Source: Malacoraja senta
Taxonomy: Eukaryota
DNA length: 64,000 bases
Direction: 5' to 3'
NCBI GenBank assembly: GCA_038087875.1
Contig: CM075987.1
Coordinates: forward strand, 15,998,001-16,062,000
A program made the position numbers and the translations under genes. Shown here piece by piece: positions 58,101 through 64,000 of this stretch. The first letter of the stretch is position 1; each line of letters starts with the position of its first letter. The notes beneath the pieces are model-generated. The model did not search any database, was not told the DNA's origin, and saw only the letters and a program-made list of their open reading frames with translations.

Positions 58101-59366
58101 CCTGCTGCAATTTTTCACAACCATCTTCACTATCTGCAAAACCACCCACTTTTGTATCATCTGCAAGCTTGCTAATCTTGCTGCGTATGTTCTCATCCAA
58201 ATCATTGATGTGGATGACAAACAGTAACGGGCCCAGCACCAAACCCTGAGGCACACCATTAGTCACAGGCCTCCAGTCCGAGAAGCAACCTTCCACCATC
58301 ACCTTCTGCTTCCTTCCATGAAGCCACATACTGTCATGTACTGTCACAAAAAAAACACTGGTAAAACAACATTTGGTACAGTAAATTAATACTTTTGAAG
58401 TTAGAAGCACAGCCAATTAACATACAGCAGGCTTCCTCAAACAGCTATGTGATAATGACAATGCAGTATATTTAATTATCTTAATGAGTGATATATATTG
58501 ACATGGATACCAGGGATGACTCATTTGTTCCTCTTTGTGCCCTGGAGCCTTTTTATCTGATAGAGCTAGCATAACCTCTGATTATCACCTCGCCTGCATT
58601 CGGCGCTTCTGGTAGTGCCTTAGCTTTTCTTAATATTTCTGTTCAGTGAGGGGAGAATTTCAGCTGGATTTCAACCCCGATCATCAAGCAGGGATGTAAC
58701 AATGCTCTCTCATAACCACTGTCTTAATTTGCATGAACTTGTGGAATATGATTACCAATGTACATCCATGGGATAGATTGCCCAGCGTCTGTGTGAATGG
58801 CTATTAATGAAGTCAGCAATATTGGATGATCAGTTTTGTTTATTTATTGTCACATGTGCAGAGATATATTGAAAACCTCGTTCTGCATGCTATCCATCCA
58901 CTGTTCCAGACGTATCGTCCGTCACCTCCAGCAGCTGCTCCTCCACTTCTGTGCGCCGAGGTCACCAGCAAGATTCGAGTAAGGGCATGGTTACTGCCAC
59001 TTGTCCAAGAAACTCAATGCCATCAACTCCCGATCACTCTTAGCAATAAAACATGCCCAGTTTGTAATGCGGTTGGTTTGAAATAATTGTTTTATCCCGC
59101 ACAAGTCCAGCAAGACATGTTTGCCCGATGCACACCCATTGCACAGTCACCATCCCGATATTAGCACATGTCCTGTCCAACCCTGATCCTTCAGTTTCTA
59201 TTTGATGTAATTATAGAATTCTTTCTTCCAACAGAAATACAAACAGTATTTTCTACAGCAGATGTCACACATAGAACAGGAGATAAGTATGCAGCTAATT
59301 GATGTCCAGCGATGGACACAAGGCTGGAAAAACTCGGTGACAAATATTAAGAAGCTGTATACCTAG
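1043..59366 (+). CDS. CCDC180: Coiled-coil domain-containing protein 180 (CFAP76), 5'-partial; 29 coding exons joined (3779 nt, ~1258 aa)
   Basis: Manually spliced exons keep one open frame with matching phases at all 28 junctions. Peptides such as [79 protein letters not shown] and [10 protein letters not shown] match recalled vertebrate CCDC180 motifs. Confidence 0.9.
1219..1500 (+). mobile_element. V-SINE (HE1-like), diverged
   Basis: tRNA-like A/B boxes, then V-domain gtgggtttcctccgggtg...cctcccacatcccaaag. Confidence 0.75.
1594..1929 (+). mobile_element. V-SINE (HE1-like), young full-length copy
   Basis: tRNA-derived head (ggtggcgcagcggtaga / ttcgatccc), V-domain, (CTAAA)n tail. Confidence 0.85.
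2098..2540 (+). mobile_element. CR1-clade (HER1-like) LINE 3' fragment
   Basis: Decayed [19 protein letters not shown]...WNSLP coding remnant plus 3' UTR. Confidence 0.8.
3037..3159 (+). CDS. CCDC180: CCDC180 exon ([14 protein letters not shown]...ENELSAVD)
   Basis: cttcag acceptor, gtaagt donor, 41 codons, phase 0 to 0. Confidence 0.87.
3197..3447 (+). mobile_element. V-SINE (HE1-like)
   Basis: tRNA head, V-domain, (CTAAA)n tail; internal deletion. Confidence 0.8.
3854..4183. mobile_element. PIF/Harbinger-type MITE A
   Basis: ~33-bp TIRs (yagccc[c/t]gtcccacggtacgagttcattccaaga), TTA on both sides, CpG-rich, no transposase. Confidence 0.82.
4529..4702 (+). CDS. CCDC180: CCDC180 exon ([11 protein letters not shown]...KHDKTNQ)
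   Basis: poly-C tract then ttacag acceptor, CAG|gtagcc donor, 58 codons. Confidence 0.88.
6460..6575 (+). CDS. CCDC180: CCDC180 exon ([15 protein letters not shown]...KKIKK), GC donor
   Basis: ttctcag acceptor; GG|gcaagt donor gives the phase 2 needed by the next exon. Confidence 0.82.
7168..7465 (-). mobile_element. V-SINE (HE1-like)
   Basis: (TTTAG)n tail on the left, reverse-complement V-domain and tRNA head. Confidence 0.8.
8038..8164 (+). CDS. CCDC180: CCDC180 exon ([16 protein letters not shown]...FEIYKL)
   Basis: cacag acceptor, gtatga donor, phase 2 to 0. Confidence 0.87.
8262..8592 (-). mobile_element. CR1-clade LINE 3' fragment
   Basis: Minus-strand RRLRGD..YKIM and [15 protein letters not shown] remnants. 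Confidence 0.75.
8596..9146. mobile_element. PIF/Harbinger-type MITE B
   Basis: TIR aggggctgtccca[t/c]ttgggcgacctaat at both ends, TAA TSD (8593-8595, 9147-9149). Confidence 0.85.
9569..9629 (+). CDS. CCDC180: CCDC180 exon ([20 protein letters not shown])
   Basis: ctctaag acceptor, G|gtttgc donor, phase 0 to 1; low-conservation region. Confidence 0.6.
10179..10288 (+). CDS. CCDC180: CCDC180 exon, acidic linker ([14 protein letters not shown]...LDEHS)
   Basis: ctctag acceptor, gtaagg donor, phase 1 to 0. Confidence 0.68.
11504..11705 (+). CDS. CCDC180: CCDC180 exon with ~6 x 10-aa acidic repeat
   Basis: tgcag acceptor (alternative in-frame AG gives start 11513), G|gtgtgt donor, phase 0 to 1. 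Confidence 0.7.
11522..11704 (+). repeat. Coding tandem repeat, ~30-nt unit x6
   Basis: Units approximate gaacatttggaagatgagttatctgttcaa. Confidence 0.85.
12272..12420 (+). CDS. CCDC180: CCDC180 exon (GNTLDVHTK...[12 protein letters not shown])
   Basis: ccttag acceptor, gtaaag donor, phase 1 to 0. Confidence 0.72.
13427..13778. mobile_element. Penelope-like pLTR fragments as an inverted pair, with hammerhead core at 13662-13689
   Basis: Arms ~13427-13545 and ~13615-13752 are reverse complements; contains ctgaaga-a-gggt-ctca-accc-gaaacgtc. Confidence 0.65.
14082..14305 (+). CDS. CCDC180: CCDC180 exon (VDYQELRE...FTTSRGNNY...FIDLKR)
   Basis: ttctag acceptor, AG|gttggt donor, phase 0 to 2. 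Confidence 0.82.
14530..15706 (+). mobile_element. CR1-clade LINE ORF2 internal fragment (APE endonuclease C-terminal part plus linker)
   Basis: ORF has YRPPN, MGDFN, PTR..AILDLVL, LGGSDHN, then [14 protein letters not shown]; frameshifted. Confidence 0.9.
15710..16835 (+). mobile_element. Older, decayed CR1-clade LINE pieces with 3' end
   Basis: KENPK..Y.Y.KGKR, KSPGPD remnants and CR1 3' UTR. Confidence 0.75.
17205..17492 (-). mobile_element. V-SINE (HE1-like)
   Basis: Reverse-complement V-domain and tRNA head. Confidence 0.78.
17712..17887 (+). CDS. CCDC180: CCDC180 exon ([13 protein letters not shown]...LHVRA)
   Basis: ttatag acceptor, G|gtactg donor, strongly conserved peptide. Confidence 0.9.
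18520..18700 (+). CDS. CCDC180: CCDC180 exon ([17 protein letters not shown]...ATRSD)
   Basis: caacag acceptor, AG|gtaaac donor, phase 1 to 2. Confidence 0.9.
18862..19008 (+). CDS. CCDC180: CCDC180 exon (LVNLLNSL...[16 protein letters not shown])
   Basis: ccttag acceptor, AG|gtacca donor, phase 2 to 2. Confidence 0.9.
19785..20240. mobile_element. CpG-rich insertion, possibly Helentron/DINE-like non-autonomous element
   Basis: Starts actagaccaagt, repeated gacccgt motifs, CpG-rich against a depleted background, no TIR pair seen. Confidence 0.35.
20626..21184. repeat. Minisatellite, 46-bp unit x12 plus a 7-bp partial unit
   Basis: Unit (cct/gag)aatatcccaccagcaa(a/t)gggatttggggatactggtgagaggg; unit starts at 20626+46n checked. 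Confidence 0.97.
21468..22110 (+). mobile_element. Young CR1-clade LINE 3' fragment
   Basis: Uninterrupted 164-aa ORF2 C-terminus ([15 protein letters not shown]...), 3' UTR, (TTTCTATG)n tail. Confidence 0.92.
22944..23088 (+). CDS. CCDC180: CCDC180 exon ([13 protein letters not shown]...LSIQQ)
   Basis: ctctag acceptor, CAG|gtgtga donor, phase 2 to 0. Confidence 0.9.
23401..24830 (+). mobile_element. CR1 3' fragment split by an L1 insertion
   Basis: CR1 sequence stops at 23569 and resumes after the duplicated site at 24614-24628. Confidence 0.75.
23570..24613 (+). mobile_element. 5'-truncated L1-clade LINE (ORF2 C-terminus with CCHC knuckle, 3' UTR, A-rich tail)
   Basis: Open frame 23571-24245 (QFKVIHR...CDKC...HMFANC...FW), AATAAA at 24586, 15-bp TSD ataattatttgccgc. 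Confidence 0.9.
26558..26674 (+). CDS. CCDC180: CCDC180 exon (SFEVIKEVE...[22 protein letters not shown])
   Basis: cacaag acceptor, gtaaga donor, 39 codons. Confidence 0.88.
27718..28265. mobile_element. PIF/Harbinger-type MITE C (foldback)
   Basis: TIR a[g/t]ggcctgtcccac, TTA flanks, ~135-bp imperfect inverted arms. Confidence 0.8.
28266..29066. mobile_element. PIF/Harbinger-type MITE D, left TIR truncated by MITE C
   Basis: Right end tcgctaagtgggacaggccca|taa; left begins ttaggcgacttttcaggcgactgc. Confidence 0.75.
29380..29478 (+). CDS. CCDC180: CCDC180 exon (VAKSNHQ...PNLDKE)
   Basis: atacag acceptor, gtgagt donor, 33 codons. Confidence 0.9.
30128..30214 (+). CDS. CCDC180: CCDC180 exon ([12 protein letters not shown]...YLNCLV)
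   Basis: tcacag acceptor, gtgagt donor, 29 codons. Confidence 0.87.
30438..30745 (+). mobile_element. V-SINE, diverged
   Basis: tRNA head and V-domain. Confidence 0.72.
31449..31546 (+). mobile_element. Penelope-like pLTR fragment with hammerhead core
   Basis: ctgaaga-a-gggt-ctcg-accc-gaaacgtt at 31452-31479, then the family tail. Confidence 0.65.
32105..32632 (+). mobile_element. CR1-clade LINE 3' fragment
   Basis: LEKVQRR..RMLPG...LGLYS.ECRRLR remnant and 3' UTR. Confidence 0.8.
33400..34258 (+). mobile_element. Decayed CR1-clade LINE 3' region with an inverted CR1/SINE tail inside
   Basis: HFGRSN, DRVVKK.YG, YCV.FWSH remnants; opposite-strand tail at ~34045-34170. Confidence 0.7.
34365..34543 (+). 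CDS. CCDC180: CCDC180 exon ([11 protein letters not shown]...AVGIIKDLL)
   Basis: long poly-T tract then gtag acceptor, gtaagt donor, phase 0 to 2. Confidence 0.85.
34850..35172 (-). mobile_element. V-SINE (HE1-like), young
   Basis: Close reverse complement of 1594-1929. Confidence 0.85.
35698..35765 (+). CDS. CCDC180: CCDC180 exon ([22 protein letters not shown])
   Basis: ctgcag acceptor, G|gtaagg donor, phase 2 to 1. Confidence 0.7.
35860..36392 (+). mobile_element. Rex1/Babar-like LINE 3' fragment
   Basis: [31 protein letters not shown] remnant, (CTAAA) tail. Confidence 0.72.
37637..37724 (+). CDS. CCDC180: CCDC180 exon ([29 protein letters not shown])
   Basis: taacag acceptor, AG|gtctgt donor; phase 1 to 2 bridges the flanking exons. 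Confidence 0.65.
38881..39893 (-). mobile_element. Rex1/Babar-clade LINE 3' part (RT C-terminus)
   Basis: [44 protein letters not shown]; (TCTTGAA)n tail; frameshift near 39480. Confidence 0.88.
40021..40188 (+). mobile_element. Deu-domain SINE relic (AmnSINE1/SacSINE1-like)
   Basis: Collinear blocks gtcttt..agacattaaacc, gtaaaagatccca, cctggcca.tatttatccct, aaaacagat match the recalled Deu core. Confidence 0.6.
40758..40832 (+). CDS. CCDC180: CCDC180 exon ([19 protein letters not shown])
   Basis: ttctag acceptor, gtaagt donor, phase 2 to 2. Confidence 0.85.
41358..41800 (-). mobile_element. Rex1-like LINE 3' fragment (related copy at ~62485-62805)
   Basis: Reverse complement of the 3' end seen at 35860-36392. 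Confidence 0.68.
43612..43982 (-). mobile_element. CR1-clade LINE 3' fragment
   Basis: Reverse complement of 21700-22110 including the tail. Confidence 0.82.
44629..44695 (+). CDS. CCDC180: CCDC180 exon ([22 protein letters not shown])
   Basis: ttccag acceptor, GAG|gtaagt donor, phase 2 to 0. Confidence 0.88.
46906..47050 (+). CDS. CCDC180: CCDC180 exon (DYYKKKER...[14 protein letters not shown]...NSLQ)
   Basis: gaaag acceptor after pyrimidine tract, G|gtaacg donor, phase 0 to 1. Confidence 0.88.
48678..48838 (+). CDS. CCDC180: CCDC180 exon ([14 protein letters not shown]...QMANVK)
   Basis: cttcag acceptor, AAG|gtagaa donor, phase 1 to 0. Confidence 0.88.
48860..49550 (-). mobile_element. 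Non-autonomous retroelement with GC-rich body and (TATTG)n tail
   Basis: aatac repeats plus tttattgtca (minus-strand AATAAA tail), CpG-rich 49070-49400, no recognisable ORF. Confidence 0.6.
49988..50125 (+). CDS. CCDC180: CCDC180 exon ([14 protein letters not shown]...NWEKLK), GC donor
   Basis: cattag acceptor; AAG|gcaaga donor where homology ends, 46 codons. Confidence 0.82.
50782..50893 (+). CDS. CCDC180: CCDC180 exon ([11 protein letters not shown]...IVDDVEIS)
   Basis: tcacag acceptor, G|gtaaac donor, phase 0 to 1. Confidence 0.88.
51167..52780 (+). mobile_element. Full-length Tc1-family transposon with IR/DR ends
   Basis: TA|cagtgccctccataatgtttgggacaaagac ... gtctttgtcccaaacattatggaggacactg|TA; ~220-bp inverted repeats with an inner DR. 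Confidence 0.95.
51526..52525 (+). pseudogene. Tc1 DDE transposase pseudogene
   Basis: [14 protein letters not shown] start, [44 protein letters not shown]; premature stop and frameshifts. Confidence 0.9.
53407..53702. mobile_element. Penelope-like pLTR inverted pair
   Basis: Minus-strand copy 53407-53470 directly followed by a longer plus-strand copy with a pyrimidine-rich leader. Confidence 0.65.
55255..55372 (+). CDS. CCDC180: CCDC180 exon ([10 protein letters not shown]...PDDRAG)
   Basis: tttcag acceptor, AG|gtgatc donor, phase 1 to 2. Confidence 0.75.
56411..56579 (+). CDS. CCDC180: CCDC180 exon (SWPGVP...[21 protein letters not shown])
   Basis: gtgcag acceptor, gttagt donor, phase 2 to 0. 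Confidence 0.9.
57271..58330 (-). mobile_element. CR1-clade LINE RT and 3' end
   Basis: [33 protein letters not shown]; 3' UTR at the left. Confidence 0.92.
59235..59366 (+). CDS. CCDC180: CCDC180 terminal coding exon (KYKQYF...[13 protein letters not shown])
   Basis: caacag acceptor, TAG at 59364-59366. Confidence 0.9.
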   Translation, partial: KYKQYFLQQMSHIEQEISMQLIDVQRWTQGWKNSVTNIKKLYT

Positions 59367-59448
59367 CTGATCTCCTTGGAATATGCTTTAATACTGTGCT
59401 TTGAATTGCTTAATACCTATCCATGTTTGTACTGTAGTTTAGTAAATT

Positions 59449-59454
59449 AATAAA
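59449..59454 (+). terminator. Probable polyadenylation signal of CCDC180
   Basis: AATAAA 82 nt after the stop, followed by a T-rich stretch. Confidence 0.65.
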
Positions 59455-59609
59455 TATATGTTTTTCTCAATTATTGAGTAACTGTATTAATTGCCCATGA
59501 AATAGTGTCAAATAGTTCCTGCAGAAAGTATTTCTCTCAAAAATGTTATGTTCCAATTCTGCATCGCACAACACTGACTTTTATAGATACAACACACACA
59601 CTCCTGGTG

Positions 59610-60447
59610 AAAGGGACATTTGAGGAGAGTCCGTATTACAGTCGAGGAGGTGCTGAAGGTGGATAAATCTCCGGGGGCCTGAGGAGATATATCTGAAGAC
59701 ACTGTGGGAAGCTAGAGAAGAAGTTGCAGGCACCCTGCCTGAAATATACAAATCCTCATTAGATACGGGTGAGGTGCCGCAAGACTGGAGGGTGGATAAT
59801 TTTGTGCCTCTATTTAAGAAGGGCTGCAAAGAAAAGTCTGGGAACTATAAACCAGTGAGCCTAGCATCTGTGGTAGGTTAATGACAGGAGAGGATTTAGG
59901 AGGGATATGATATATTTGTATTTGGATAGACAGGAGTTGAGTGGGGATAGTTAGCTTGGTTTTGGACGTGGGAGATTGTGTCTTACGAATTTCATTGAAC
60001 TTTTTGAAGAAATAACCAGAAAGGTTGACAAGGGCAAGGCCATAAACATTATCTATATGGAGTTGTACACAAAATGTTGGAGTAGCTCAGCGGGTCAGGC
60101 AGCATCTCTGGAGAAAAAGAATAGGTGATGTTTCAGGTGGGAAACCTTCAGAATATATGGACTTCAGCAAGGCCTTGTTGCTAAGGTTCTGCATGGTAGG
60201 CTGCTCTGGAAGGCTAGATCGCATGGGATCCAAGGAGAGCTAGCTAACTGGATAGAGAATTGGCTACCTGGAAGGAAGCAGAGGGTGATGGTGGAGGTTA
60301 TTTTTTGGATTAGAGACGTGTGACTAATGTTGTACCTTAGGGATCAATGCTGGGTCATTTACTGTATGTGGTTTATAAGAATGATTTGGATGAGAACATA
60401 CAAGGCATGATTAGTAAGTTTGCTGATGACACATAAATGGGTTGCAT
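59610..60447 (+). mobile_element. Decayed CR1 RT fragment with a pLTR-type insertion at ~60066-60152
   Basis: KSPG, NY.PVSL, YMDFSKA, VP.GSMLG, SKFADDT remnants. Confidence 0.8.
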
Positions 60448-63400
60448 CTGTTAATTCCAACTCTTAATATTAAAACTTTAGTCCATTTTCTTTAACCTTA
60501 ACACTTGCAGGCTTTTAATTTGTTTTATTTTCTCTCTGAACTATTTGCTCCAAACCAGGTGCTTGCAAGGTCTGAAGAAGGGTTTAGACACGAAATATCA
60601 ACTATCCACGTTCTCCACAGATGCTACCGGACCCACTATGTTACTCCAGCACTCTGTGTCCTTTTCTGCTTGGAATCAAAGTTAGGTGAAACATATTTAC
60701 ATCATATCCAGAGTCACAGAAACAAATAATGTGGAAAATGCAAAGGACAACTGAACTCTAGCAAAAAAGTGACTAGGAATTAAGAGATATAGCATAGGAT
60801 CCAAGGTTACAACAACTTGATTAAGGAAAAGCAGATTTGGGATGGGGGTTAGTGTTGAGTCATAAAGTCATAGTCATACGGCACAGAAACAGGCTCTTTG
60901 ACCCAACTCATCCATAGATGTTCCATCTAAACCTGTATAGGAAGGAACTGCAGATGCTGGTTTAAACCGAAGATAAACACAAAATGCTGGAGTAACTCAA
61001 CAGGACAGGCAGCATCTCTAAAGAAAAGGAGTGGATGACATTTTGGGTTGCATTTCTTCTTCAGCTGAGTTACTCCAGCATTTTGTGTCTATCCCCATCT
61101 AAACTTGTCCCATATCCCTCTATACCTTTCTTATCCACTTGAGTGATAGATTAGAGCATAGGATTGGTTAGAACTAAATATAGAGTACAGTCTTGGGGAA
61201 TAAGGTGTGAACATTGAACACAATCGAAGCCTTTAGTGCTGCCATCCAAGGAACTGACTGGTATGAAAGATAAGAATGGGATTAAGAAATGTAGAGATAT
61301 ACTCTGGGGCTGAGAGAGACAGTAGTTTTTGTGAGCTAATATGTTGAACAGGGTTGATGTAGAATAAGTGATGGCACATTTTAAATTTGATCGTTTTTCT
61401 TTGCGCTGTGAGCTACCTGCGGAGCGAGAACAGGAAAGATTTATTTTGTCCTAATTTTCCTAATTGTTGTTTCCACAGAATGGTGGAGAGGTCTGAGATA
61501 ATCCAAAGTGTAGATAGTTTACACACTCTGGAGACAGAATATCTTAGGTACAAATCCCACTCAGTTACACTCTAGTCTAGTGCCTGGATTAATTTATTGT
61601 CATATACACCAGAGGGCATGAAGACAAACGTAACAATAAATAGACATAAAGTAACAATAAATACAATGATGAGTGTAAAACAGCAGAATGGTGCAAGATT
61701 GCGGCGTAAAATCTGAATAGTGCAAAAGACTATTAAAGTACAATTCTGGAATAACCAACTGAGGTATAGTTAAGAGTACGTGGTATCTTCTCCAGGAATG
61801 GGGTGTGACAGAGGTTCAGGACCTGTTGAATAGCTGTAAAAGTTTGTAAAAAGTTGCCTATTTCCTTCGCTCCATAGATGCTGCCTCACCTGCTGAGTTT
61901 CAACAGCATTTTTGTCTACCTTCGATTTTCCAGCATCTGCAGTTCCTTCTTAAACAAAGTGTGTACGTTGTTATTTCAAGAAAAGCAGAGATGTTATTCT
62001 TGATATCCTGCCTGCTATTCACAAGTCGACCAACATCAGCTATCTGTCCATTATCATACATACTGTAGACCCTGACCATGGGGAATTGCCTGCTATGTGT
62101 CCGCTATTACTGCTGTGCTCTATGTGTTGGCTGCAAGGTTCTTTGACCTAGATATGTTTAAAAAACGTTTTCTTTTTTTTTGTCCATGTCCTGTTCGCCA
62201 TTTTCAAACCTTTTTCCTAAAAGACACCTTTTTTGAACAATAGCATAACATTTGTAGATATTTCAAATTTGAAATTAAATTGGATAATGCAGGAAGCACG
62301 CAGATCTGTGCAGAAGAAAAACAGTATTCAAAGGTCAATAGTATAAATATTTCTAACCTGGCATGCTCCTGCAGTCAGTTTTTTCTACATGGAACAGATC
62401 CTTGATATAATACAGGCAGCCACCCAGTGGCTCCGAGTTTGTGGGAATAGTAGTTTCCTCTGGATATTTCAGACTACTGGGCTAGTTTAGTTTAGTAGTG
62501 TAGTTTATTGTCATGTGTACTGAGGTACAGTGAAAAACTTTTTGTTGCGTGCTATCTAGTCAGCGGAAAGAATATATATGATTACAATCAAGTCGTCCAC
62601 AGTGTACAGATACAGGATAAAGGGAATAACGTTTAATGCAAGATAAAGTTCAATAAAGTCAAATTAAAAATAGTCCAAGGGTCTCCACTGAGGTTGATGG
62701 TTAGGTCAGGACTACTCTCTAGCTGGTGATAGGTTGGTTCATTTGTCTGATAACAGCTGAGAAGAAACTGTCCGTGAATCTTGAGGAATGCATTTTCACA
62801 CTTCTTGTCAACATTTGCTTGTAGTACCTCATCTTTGTCTCCCTATTTTTGGGCCTCGACAGCAAGGATCAGCTCATAATTGATTCACAATGACCATCAA
62901 CGCCCAACACCATTTCATGCTCGGAGATAAGCATGCACATTTCAGTAAAAACCACCGTGATCAGGAGCAGCTGATTCTACTCCTCCTTGATTGAAGGACC
63001 ATTGAGAGAAATTGTAAACAGAAAACCTGTATTTCTAGGACACTTGCGTGCAAATGGTAACTGGAGTGTTACTGGACTGGTGAGTTACAGTTTCGATGTA
63101 ATGATTTAGAAACTTAGATTCCACGCTAGTCCCGCATCTGGAGAGTTTAAATTGAATTTAAATAGATCCAAACGTAGGCAACTGCTGGATTTATGTTCAA
63201 ATCCAGTTAGGCTCAGTTGCAACCTCCTTGTCTGGCTCCTGTGTGAATTGAATAAAATACTTTATTGTTACGTGACAAGTCCGTGCACCACTTAAAAGAT
63301 ATCAAACACAGGCGTCCACATGGAGAGCATCACACCTACACATGCCTTGGAAGGTCCCGTCCTCCTGTGGTGATTTCAGACCCACAAGCAATGTTCACTA

Positions 63401-64000
63401 TTCTCTGAAATCCCCAGAAAGCTACTCTGTTCATGGGGTAATTAGAGAGAGGTATTAAATGCAGGTAAGTCACAAATGCTGGAATAACTCAGCGGGTCAG
63501 GCAGCATCCCAGGAGAACATGGATAGGTGACATTTCGGGTCGGGACCCTTCTTCAAACTGATTGTGGGTGGGAGCTTGGTAAACTAGGCCCTGCAGTTCC
63601 TTGCTTTTGCTAATAAATGCAGGTAATGTTCAATAGAAAGCACTCAGGGTGACTCAAATCCTGGTGCATCCAGTTAAGATGCACTATCATTCTAATATAG
63701 GAACATTTCAACAGAGTTGATTTAAAGTTTCTGGTCGGTATGGTTCAGCAACATGGGCGGTGAGAGTTAAAACAAAATCACATGCTGATTCAATTCTAAA
63801 GCAGGGCAGTGATCTGATATCCCAAAGCTGTCTTGACAGACCTGCTGTGTAAGTCCAGTGTTCGCTATTGTTCTTGACATTCTTCATAGAGACTAAAGGA
63901 TCTGTTCTTGTGCCATCACCTTGTTGCAGTGCGACCTCTGATTTTATTTCCCTGGCTCCCCCGCGGCTCTGATTCCCTGGAGGAGTTCATTACTGAGGTT

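Overview
Eukaryotic (vertebrate) genomic DNA, not prokaryotic. The repeat content (V-SINE/HE1-type SINEs, CR1/HER1-type LINEs, Penelope-type pLTR fragments) points to a cartilaginous fish, probably a skate or ray; this is inference. Almost the whole window is the central and 3' part of one + strand multi-exon gene, read manually as CCDC180 (CFAP76). I trace 29 coding exons from 1043 to the stop at 59364-59366 (3779 nt, about 1258 aa). The frame is consistent across every junction, and a polyA signal follows at 59449. The 5' exons lie upstream of the window. Two introns appear to use GC donors, and one exon encodes a 10-aa acidic tandem repeat. The introns are full of mobile elements: four PIF/Harbinger-type MITEs (three share an internal TTTTCAACATGTTGAAAA palindrome, two form a fused composite), a full-length decayed IR/DR Tc1 transposon, a young L1-clade 3' fragment with a 15-bp TSD, CR1 and Rex1/Babar fragments, V-SINEs, a Deu-domain SINE relic, a 46-bp x12 minisatellite and roughly 25 short Penelope-like pLTR fragments carrying a minimal hammerhead ribozyme core. 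Most provided ORFs are spurious or repeat-derived. Family and gene names come from recalled sequence similarity, not from database searches.
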